From the NCBI RefSeq assembly GCF_009914755.1, contig NC_060947.1: DNA of 64,000 nt. One strand, written 5' to 3'. This document shows positions 26,958 through 37,300 of the stretch, piece by piece. This DNA comes from the human T2T-CHM13v2.0 reference genome, Homo sapiens. Position numbers and translations under genes: made by a program. Below the pieces are notes generated by a model that did not search any database, was not told the DNA's origin, and saw nothing but the letters and a program-made list of their open reading frames with translations. Positions within the stretch are counted from its first letter, which is position 1, and every line of letters starts with the position of its first letter.

Positions 26958-26978
26958 CACACACACACACACACACAC
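26954..26978. repeat. (CA)n microsatellite
   Basis: Direct reading. Confidence 0.9.
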
Positions 26979-27171
26979 CCTTGTAGTAATTCTCTATTAT
27001 ATGACCATTTAATTGCTCCACTAGAGTTACAATACATAAACTTTTCCTATGCATTTTTTGGTTGCCTATTATCTGTTTCTTCTCCTAAACATGCATGCCA
27101 CACGAGCAGGGGCCGCACATTGTTTATTCACCATGACTGACTGTATCCTTAGTCCCTCCTTTGTACATATA

Positions 27172-27489
27172 TGTAAGGAACATAGTTATGCTACAGACAG
27201 GCAGGCATAGGCCGAGGTAAACACACTGCATGACTCAGTGAGATTGGAGTGCAGGCACACAATTCTGTGCATTATATAACCACAGCTATGTAGCCATAAT
27301 ATGGGAAGGCTCATCACCTGGCTCTGAGCCACTATTGTCTGTAGGTGTATAAATGCAGCACTGACACTGTGAAAGAGTTGCTGAATAAAGCCATGTCCCA
27401 TCTATCTGCTGTCTCTTGAGTGTTCTTCCAGCTCCCTGCCCTCCATCCACCCTCTCCCCTCAGACCTCAACTGGGGCTTGAACCTGACA
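27172..27489 (+). repeat. 5' LTR (LTR18 family)
   Basis: AP-1 TGACTCA, TTATATAA, TATAAA, AATAAA; about 90% identical to the 3' LTR by manual count. Confidence 0.92.
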
Positions 27490-27491
27490 TT

Positions 27492-27509
27492 TGACATAGT
27501 CAGCAGGAT
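27492..27509 (+). promoter_or_regulatory. Primer-binding site, tRNA-Ser, followed by a splice donor AG|GTGAGT at 27513
   Basis: TGACATAGTCAGCAGGAT versus TGGCGTAGTCGGCAGGAT (15/18, three G>A changes). Confidence 0.85.
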
Positions 27510-27545
27510 AAGGTGAGTGGGCCTTAAGCCCCTGAGGCTCCCGGG

Positions 27546-28960
27546 TTGGCTATGTGGCTGCAGAATGGGTTGTGGTACCCGGTGGCAGTGGTGCTACTAG
27601 GATGGGCCCCAAAGGAAACATGGGAGGTAGTGGAGGGGTCTCCCATGAGTGTGGAGAAAGCACTGAAGGAGCTGGAAGCACATAGCACTGAGAAGAAATG
27701 CACCTTCACTGGCAGAGTCGGATGGGTGTTTCTGACTGAACTGTGGGAAGTACATGTTCAGTCCCTGCGGGATGCTGCACAGGTAAGGGACCTTCAAGCA
27801 CTAGCCACGTGCCTGGGGGCCCAAATACACAGCTTGGAGAAAAACCTGGGGGTAAGGGACATCCAGGCGCAAACAGGGTGCTTAGTGGTCCAGATAAACG
27901 GCCTGGAACAGGAGTTAGAGACTGCCGTCAGTGCGACCTTGAGCCTGTCCTCCTGGCCAGAAACTCCTGTTTGGTCTGATGCTGAGGAGGAGGAAGCTCC
28001 CTCACTGCGGGCTTACCTCATGATCCATCAGAAGGTAGAATATGAGCAGCCGATGGGGCCTCAGGGACCCCCTACCGTGGTGGAACAGACTTCCTATAGT
28101 GCCTATACCCCCACTGAGCTGCGGGAGTTAGGCAAGCAATGTCAGCAGCTTCCGGGGGAGCCCCTCCCTGCTTGGTTACTCTGCCTTTGGGACGAAGGCG
28201 CTGACAGCATTTCCTGCTCTGCCTCTGAGATGGAGAAGCTGGTTTCTATTACAACTAACCCCTCCCTTTGTCAGTGGCTGCAGCTGAGCCAACAGTTAGC
28301 AAAGGGCAAAATGACCACACTCTGATTGAGTGGCTGATGGGAGCCATACAAACTGTGTGGAACGATGCTGCAGAAATACCAGAAACTGTGAATAAATGGC
28401 AATCATATACAGATTTAATGCAGATACTCCAGGAGATGGGTATGTGGCAGGCCATGGTTGATCTGAGTACCCCAGGGCCAGATGATGAATGCTTTACCTC
28501 CCACATGAGGGATCTTGTGCTGGGCTCAGCACCCCCAAGTGCTTTTGGCTCTCTGGCCACTGTCCTCACGCTGTATGTGGGATGTCACGTACATGAAGTG
28601 ACTATGGCAGCCCTCAGGGAGGCAGAAGGCTATTGGCAGGACTGGGGAGTCCACGCCATAAAAAAGGGGAAGATGCTCCCTCCACAGGTAATCACCCCAT
28701 GAGATAAAAAGGAGCCCCAGCAGGTGACTTGCATGCAGATGTGGATTGATTTAATTTCAGATGGGATTGCTCAAGAGAAAATTGGCAGGCAACCCAATGG
28801 AATGCTGTTGGCTCTGTGCAGGCAATTGTCCCCAGAGCAACAATTCCGGAAAATGCCCAAGAGGGGGCAAAACAATGTTGCTCAACCTAATCCCACTGGG
28901 ACGCTTCAACTCAAGGACTATTTGCAGGCAGGTGAAGATATGGAGACTTTCCTGTTTGAT
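27546..28960 (+). pseudogene. gag: HERV-S gag (ERVL-type), disrupted
   Basis: ORF pieces 27546-28325, 28268-28702 and the first part of 28724-29329; motifs YTPTELRELGKQCQQLPGEPLPAWLLCLWD and KIGRQPNGMLL. Confidence 0.85.
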
Positions 28961-31900
28961 TATGGAACTGACCAAGGTGCCTGGCTCTGGGGGACACCAG
29001 ATGACCAGAGGCCATATGTAGAGCTGGCAATCCACTGGTCCCCCACGAATGTACAGTGGGTCCTAGCACAGGTAGATACTGGTGCAGACTGCAGTCTTGT
29101 TTATGGGAACCTGGGTAAGTTTCCAGGCAGAGCTGCATGTATTAACGGTTATGGGGGCCAGTCAGTGAAGGTAAAACCTGTGTCTCTGCATCTTGGCATT
29201 GGTCGCTTGGCGCCCCACCTATACACTACATATGTCTCTCCCATACCTGAATATATTTTGGGGATGGACATTTTGCATGGTCTGAACTTACACCCATGGC
29301 TGGAGAATTCAGACTCCAAATCTGTGTAGTAAAGCCGGTACTGCGTGGACATACATCACCGGCCCCAAGTTCTATCACAACACTGACGGGTTACTTCCAC
29401 TCATCAACACCATTTGCCAGGGGGGCATATGGAGATAACTGAGACTATTAAGAAGTTAAAGGAGGTGCAAATAGTGCATGGCACCCATAGCCCCTACAAT
29501 TTCCTGGTATGGCCAGTCAGAAAGCCTGATGGGACTTGACAGATGACAGTGGATTATTGGAAACTGAATAAAGTAACACCCCCTCTGCATGCAGCTGTAC
29601 CTCCCATCATGGATTTGATGCACCGCTTGACAATGGAACTGGGAGAGTACCACTATGTTGTAGACTTGGCTAATGCATTCTTCTCCATTGACATTGCTCC
29701 AGAGAGCCAGGAACGGTTTGCCTTCACATGGAAAGAACAATGAACATTCACCATGCTGCCACAGGGTGCCTAGCCCCACCATTTGTCATGGTATTGTTGC
29801 CATGGATTTGGCTGCCTGGAAATGTCCAAAAGGGTCCACTTGTTCCATTATATTGATGATATTATGTTAATCTCTGATTCTCTTGCAGATTTAGAAGTGG
29901 TGGCACTCTTCTGGCGGCAACATTTAGCAGCATGCGGTTGGGCTGTCAATGAATCCAAGGTCCAAGGGCCTGGATTGTCTACCAAATTCTTGGGAGTTAT
30001 TTGGTCAGGTAAGACAAAGGCCATACCAGAGGCTGTCATTGATAAAATCCAGGCATACCCCCAACCCGCCATGGTGAGGCAGCTGCAGACTTTTGTGGGC
30101 CTCTTGGGGGTATTGGCAGGCATTTGTGCCCCATTTGGCTCAAATGATAAAACCATTATACTGGTTAACAAAAAGGGGGGCTACCTGGGATTGGGATGAT
30201 GAGGCTGAGACAGGCTTTCTGGCCGCCAAGTGGGCTATTCAGCAAGCACAGGGCTTATGAGTGATAGATCGGGGTGCCCATTCAAACTTGAAATACATGT
30301 GACTACAGATGGTTTTGGCTGGGCCTTATGGCAGCACACAAAACATTTTAGAATGCCAGTAGGCTTTTGGTCCCAACTTTGGAAGGGAGCAGAGCTCCAG
30401 TATTCATTGATAAAGAGGCAATTAGCTGTTGCATATGCTGCCCTTCAGGCGTGTGAGAGCATGATGGGACGGGCTACAGTTGTCATATGGTTGGCTTACT
30501 CAATAGCAGGGTGGGTATGCTCCTGAGTAACGACCCTCCACACTGGGATGACACAAACGCCCACTTTAGCAAAGTGGGGTGCCTACTCGGAACAGTGAAG
30601 TACACTGAGTACAAGTCCCTTAGTAGCAGAATTACAAGAGGTCTTGGGGCCTATAGTCCTAATGCAAGATAAGGCCATGGGGCCTGAGGCACCCTAGACC
30701 TTGAGCCATCACTGTTTAAGGAAGGGTGCATCCCCCCACCCCCATTCCTGATGGTGCAAGGTATATGGATGAATCCAGCCAGGGCGATGCTGCTGTCTGG
30801 ACTGCTATTACAGTCCAGCTTAGTCCTGACATTATATAGTTTCATACTGGGTGTGGACAAAGCAGCCAATGGGCTGAACTCAGAGCAGTGTGGATGGTGA
30901 TCACCAAAGAGGAGACATCTATGATAATCTGCACCAATAGTTGGGCAGTCTATTGAGGCTTAACTTATGGTTGACCACCTGGAAGTTACAGAATTGGCTT
31001 GCAGGCCATCAGCCCACTTGGGGCCAAACCATGTGGCAAGACCTTTGGGAAACAGGTCATCAGAAAAATGTAACTATCTATCATGTGTCAGGCCATATGC
31101 CTTTGGCCGCCCCCAGTAATGATGAGGCAGATGCCTCGGCCAAGATCCAGTGGTTAGAGTCGGCATGAGATGTGGACTTGCGGCTACACAGGAAACTTGG
31201 ACATGCGGGGGATAAGCTGATGCAACAGGTCAATTGGTGCTGGGATCTGTCTTTGCCCCAGCAGGACATTTGCAAGGCCTACCAGAAGTGACCAGTGTGT
31301 GATCAGGCATACCATAGACAGAGACAACTGCCTAGTGTAACACTACAAGTGGACAGTAGAGTGGATGTCCTTGACCAGATGGCAAATAGATTACATTGGA
31401 CCACTGCCAAAATTGCAGGGCTACACACATGCACCGACTGCTGTAGACATGGCCACCAGCCTGTTGTTCACCTACCCTTGCAGGGTGGCCAACCAGCAAC
31501 ACACTATTCAAGCCCTGCAACACTTATGTGCCTTATACAGCCATCCCCTGACCACTGAAAGTGATAGGGGAACTCATTTCACTGGACAGCAGGCACAACA
31601 GTGGGCACAGCAGATGGTCATACAGTTGGGGTTTCATGTTCCTTATAACTCACAAGCCGCTGGCATGATTGAGTGATATAACAGACTCCTGAAGAACAGG
31701 TTACATTTGCATGTTACTCCCCTGTCTTTGCGGGCCTGGAGTTCCAGGCTGGACCTAGTGCTCCAAATCTTGAATGGGCGGCCACAGAAAGGTGGCCCAG
31801 CCCCAGTGGAGGCACTGTTACACCAGGCCGGCACCCCTATCCAGCTACAGATACACACAAAGGATGACCTGTTACAACCAGATATGGGGACAAACAGTAA

Positions 31901-32351
31901 TCTGTTGTTGCCTGCCCCAATGCCCCTGAAGGCAGGGGGAGAGAAAACCTGATGCTGGCCATGTACCCTCCAAGCCCCCAATTGCAGATGGTTGGCTATC
32001 ATAGCCCGCTGTGGGGAGGGCTTGCAGTATGACTTACATGTTACTCTTTGGGTATTTAATGTGTGACCTCCACAACTGACCGTTCTTAGGAGAACGGCCA
32101 GGGAAGGGACCCTCCTCCAGGGGACATATATGCTGTCTGTGTGGCCTATCATGAGCTCCCCTGCGACATTGGCATGGGTACAGAACCCAAAAGAACCACG
32201 GGGAGCTGAGAAGGTGTGGTACCATTGCCCAGTGCAGAAGCCCTTGGTGGCAGCACTGTTATCCAGAGATAAAAAGTTGACCTGTATTTTGCCTGAGGGA
32301 CATGATTTACCCCTCTTATTACCTGTGCTTGCTTTGTCGTTTCGGCCATAG
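28961..32351 (+). pseudogene. pol: HERV-S pro-pol (protease, RT, RNase H, integrase), disrupted
   Basis: DTGAD at ~29075; VDLANAFF; YIDD at 29849-29860; HVSGH...NDEAD; WQIDYIGPLP, SDRGTHF, PYNSQAAGMIE; multiple stops and frameshifts. Confidence 0.9.
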
Positions 32352-33511
32352 GTTGGCATGCTCCAACATCATTGTGGACAGGGCCCACACCTATGGCAAA
32401 GTGACCAATGTCTCCAACTGTTGGATCTGCACTGTCCTTCCAGCAGCAGCTGTAGATGGCCTGCCGTGGCATGTACATTCAGCTTCTGTGAAAAACTGGA
32501 TGAGGCTAGAGACTTGGGGTCTCATGGACAATGGTTGGGATGCAACATGGCAAACTTTGGATAGGGGGCATTGCAAAACCTGCATTGCAAAAAATGCCTG
32601 CCCCCTGGCTGACCCATAGCATTCATGATGAATGGGGCTGGCTAATGAGAGAACACATGGTGCCCCCATTGCAGGTACCATAATATATAGATCAACACTG
32701 GGGTAAAGTCACTGTGGGATGGTTGCCCACCGTGGCCTGTAAAAACATAACACATGTCACCACACCAAGGCTGTGGTGGAACAAGCTGCCTTACCGAGGC
32801 TGAGCCCTGATGGACTTTGTATCCCTGGGAGTTTATGGGTCTGAGGGGACACGGGATGGCCATATCTGCCAGCCAATTGGACTGGATGTTTTACTTGGCG
32901 GTGCCCTTATGTGCCTGCCACCGTACTTCCCTCATTGCCTAGGTGCCTGCACAACTGGAAGGTGCTACATTCCTGGTTTTCGCCAGTGTGGTGGGCCCCC
33001 TGGTGGCTCTACCCCTTAGCAATAACTATCATTGGAGCAGTTTTCATCACTGTAGAAATGCAGATTACAGCCCTTGCATAACACACAGTTCAGGTCCTGA
33101 ATTACACCCGAGTTGCCCTCCTTCTATTAATTGATGAGGTTGATCAAACCAGGAAGGTAGTACTGCAAAACTGGATGGCCTTAGACATAGTAACAGCTGA
33201 CCAAGGTGGCACCTGTGCCCTTACAGGGTCACAATGTTGTACATATATCCCTGACAACCACCAGAACATAATAGCAGCTTTACAAGGGGTGTTACAGGAG
33301 ATTAAGGTGATTGAGTGCCTTATTGATGACCCCCTACAGAGATGGTGGGCGTCTCTGGGCTCTAACCTACATTGGGCCCTAATAATAATGGGTAGTTATA
33401 GCAGGAATATTAGTGATAGGCTGTTGCTCCCTGTATTGTTGCTGTGGCCTATGGGTTCAGGGTGCCATCATATGTGCACAGGTCCCCACTAAGAGGACTC
33501 CCCCGGCCTAG
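32302..33511 (+). pseudogene. env: Short gamma-type env of HERV-S, disrupted
   Basis: Signal-like N terminus, CWIC at 32419-32430, ISD LQNWMALDIVTADQGGTC, CX6CC (CALTGSQCC), TM segment and Cys-rich tail. Confidence 0.88.
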
Positions 33512-33520
33512 GGGATGGAT

Positions 33521-33839
33521 TGTAAGGAACATGGCTGTACTGCAGCCAGGCAGGCATAGGCCGAGGTAAACATCCTGCATGACTCAGTGGGATTGGAGTG
33601 CAGGTGCACAATTCCATGCATTATATAACCACAGCTATGTAGCCATAACATGGGAAGGCTCATCACCTGGCTCTGAGCCACTATTGTCTGTGAGGTGTAT
33701 AAATGCAGGACTGACACTGTGAAAGAGCTGCTGAATAAAGCCATGTCCCATCTACCTGCTGTCTCTTGAGTGTTCTTCCAACTCCCTGTTCCCCGTCCAC
33801 TCAGTCCCTTGGGACCTCGGCTGGGGCTTGAAGATGACA
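33521..33839 (+). repeat. 3' LTR (LTR18 family)
   Basis: Direct repeat of 27172-27489. Confidence 0.92.
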
Positions 33840-34336
33840 ATATAGTTCCTCAATACTTTTTAAAAGAATAAATGAACATATGAATGATGAAAGACAAATA
33901 ACACTATTTTAGAGGTCTGAGGTATGTCTCTTGCTTGTTTCTAGGGGCTCCTCAGCATTGATTTGGCTGAGGAAATGACAGATGCGAGATAGAAAAAGGG
34001 GAGTACCAGCCAGGCTTAATGAGAGACTGATAGCTTCCTCCACCCACTTCTACCAGCACCGTGAGCAGAACAAAGTCAGAGTTTATGACTTAAAATTAGG
34101 CCTCAGGAATGCAGGAAGGTATCCAAGTCCCTTGAAGAGCAGGAAATCTGGAACAGCCTGTGTGCTGGTTATTATCCATTAGCCACATCTCCATCTATAC
34201 TCCACTCCAGAAAATTGATCTCTATGAACTTCAGACACAGGTTCTTTGATTACGGCTAACAGATGGGTGGCTAGTTAGGCAACTGGAGAGAACAATATTG
34301 GCATTTTTATGACAAGGTTTGGAGAGGTATGTGCCC

Positions 34337-37300
34337 ATCTCAGAATGGGCACAGGGTGTTAAAATAAATGTGTCTTAGGCAAAATCCAAGAGAGCCAAAA
34401 AACTGAGTGCCCAAAGTGTGAGACAGGGAAAGCCCACCCCTGAACACACATCCTCCCTGGGGAACCTGAAAATCCAGATCATGGGAGAAGGATTTAACCT
34501 TACCTAGAGCTGAAACAAATTTAGAGAGCTGAGAGAAATATAAAAGTAGAAGAAGCAGCAGGAAGAGCCCTGCAGGCATTCCCAGACCTGAGCGAAGCCA
34601 ATGAAACCCATTTCTGACTTTATCTCACAGGGATCCTTTGGGAGGCTTCCAGTGGAATTGGGGAAAGACCACAGGGAGAAGGAAACTTCCAGTTGAACTT
34701 TATAATAATTTTGACTGGGCGTGAATTTTCCAGGGCAGAATCCGGGGGTTCAGGGCGAATTGGAAGTGCAGGTATGAGCACAGAAGCCATGCCATGGAGG
34801 GAGTGAAGCCTGAAAGTCCTGTGGGGAGGCTTATAGCCTGGGGCAAATTCCCAGCCCTGCTCACCAGCTACCTGGATATAAACTCAGTGCTGTTGGGGTA
34901 GCACCACAGAAGTGAGATTGGCCTTTCTGGCTGTATGGGAGCTGGGTGAGGCCTGTCACTGCTAGCTTTCCCTCACTTCCCTGGTGGCCTGTATGAGGCA
35001 GCAGAGGCAGTCATAATACCCCCAGGAATGTAACTTTATTGGCCTGAGAAACACACCCCATCCCCCACAGCACCTGCAGAAAGCCCAAGGAGACTCTGAG
35101 CTCAGGCAGGTCTAACCCTGCCCCTACCTGATTGTCTTTCTCTACCAACCCTGGTAGCCAAAGACAAAAGACATAATCTCAAAAGATGTAAGCTCTATGG
35201 CCCCACCCACTGCCTGAGAAACCCAGTATTTATCCAGGAGACCCTAGGGCAAGCTTGTATCCTCCCCATACTATCATAGCTGATGCTCTCTTGAAATCGC
35301 CACCTCCTGGCTGGAGGCCAACCAACACTAACCATTACAGCAGCTCATAAAACAACAATCCTGCCCCAAGAAAGGAGAAAACAACAGCTAACCTCAACAC
35401 CTGTAACATCCTGGCTAGCCAGAGGTCCTGAGTCTGTCCACACGACAACTTTACTGCCAGGACAACCAGCATTTGAGAAAACCAGCACACGAAACAAAAC
35501 TACAACCAAGGTCCCACGCAAAGTCCACTTCACTCCCCTGCCACCTCCACCGGAGCAGGTGCTGGTATCCACAGCTGAGAGACCTGAAGATGGATCATAT
35601 CACAGGAGTCTTTGCAGACACTTCTCAGTACCAGCCTGGGGCCCAGGATCTCCACTGGGTGGCTAGACCCAGAAGAGAAATAACAATCACTGCATTCTGG
35701 CTCTCTGGAAGCCCCATCCCTAGCGGAAGGGGGAGAGCACTAGGTCAAGTGAGCATCCTCGGGATAAAAGAATCTGAACAGCAGCACTTGAACCTCAGAT
35801 CTTTCCTCTGACATAGTGTACTCAAATGAGAAGAAACTAGAAAAATAATTCAGTAATATGAAAAAACAGGGTTATTTAACACTCCCCAAAGATCACACTA
35901 GCTTACCAGCAATGGATACAAACCTAGAAGAAATCTCTGAATTGCCAGAAAAATAATTCAGAAGGTTGATTATTAAGCTACTCACAGAGGCACTGGAGAA
36001 AGGTGAACACCAACTTAAATACATTTTTAAAATATTACAGGATAGGTTGGAGAAATCTCCAGAGAAATAGATAGCATAAATAAAAAAAAAATCACAACTT
36101 CTGGAAATAAAAACACACTTATATAAATGCAATATACACTGAAAAGTTGACAATAGAATTGAACAAGTAGGAAAAAGAACTTCAGATCTCAAAGACAAGG
36201 CTTTCAAATTAACCCAATCTGACAATGAAAAGAAAAAAGAATTAAAAAAAAAAATGAACAAAGTCTCCAAGAAATTTGGGATTATGTTAAATGACCAAAG
36301 CTAAGATTAATTGGTGTTCTCGAGGAAGAAGAGAAATCTAAAAGTTTGGAAAACTTATTTTAGGGAATAATTTAGGAAAACTTCCCTGGCCTTGCTAGAG
36401 ATTTAGACATCCACATATAAGAAGCTCAAAGAGTACCCAGGTTATCTAAAGTCAAGATGAAGGAAAGAATCTTAAGAGCTGTGATGCAAAAGCATCAGGT
36501 AAGCTATAAAGGAAAATCTATCAGATTAACAGCAGATTTATCAGCAGAAGCCCTACAAGCTAGAAGGGATTGGGGTCCTATCTTTAGCCTCCTTAAACAA
36601 AACAACCATCAGCCAAGAATTTTGTATCCAACAAAACTAAGCTTCATAAATAAAAGAAAAATACGGTCTTTTCCAGGCAAGCAAATGCTAGGAGAATTTG
36701 CCACTACCAAGCCAGAACTATAAGAACTGCTAAAAGGAGCTCTAAATCTTGAAACAAAACCTTGAAATTCGCCTTGAAATTAGAGCATAAATCTTACGGA
36801 ACCTATAAAATAATAACACAATTAAAAAACAAAAGTATTCAGGCAACAATTAGCATAATGAATAGAATAGTGCCTCACATCTCAATACTAATGCTGAATG
36901 CAAATGACCTAAATGCACCACTTAAAATATACGGAATGGCAGAATGGATAATAATTCACCAACCAAGTGTCTACTGTCTTCAAGAGACTCACTTAATACA
37001 TAAGCACTCACATAAAGTAAAGAGGTGGAAAAAGATATTCCATGCAAATAGACACCACAACCTAGCAGGAGTAGCTATACATATATTTGACAAAACAGAC
37101 TTTAAAGCAATAACAATTAAAAAGACAAAGAGGGACATTATATAATGATAAAAGGATTAGTCCAACAGGAAAATATCACAGTCCTACATATCTATGCACC
37201 TAACACTGGAGCTCCCAAATTTATAAACAATTACTACTAAACCGAAGAAATGAGATAAACAGCAACACAATAATAGTGGGGAACTTTAATACTCCACTGA

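Larger units (their letters stand above)
27172..33839 (+). mobile_element. Complete HERV-S / HERVL18 provirus (LTR-gag-pro-pol-env-LTR)
   Basis: LTRs 27172-27489 and 33521-33839 with TG...CA ends; TSD ATATA at 27167-27171 and 33840-33844; Ser-tRNA PBS; polypurine tract aggggatggat before 33521. Confidence 0.93.

Noticed and set aside
31643-32359. 238-aa antisense ORF in the provirus
   Set aside because: No recognisable motifs; long antisense frames are common opposite GC-rich retroviral coding sequence
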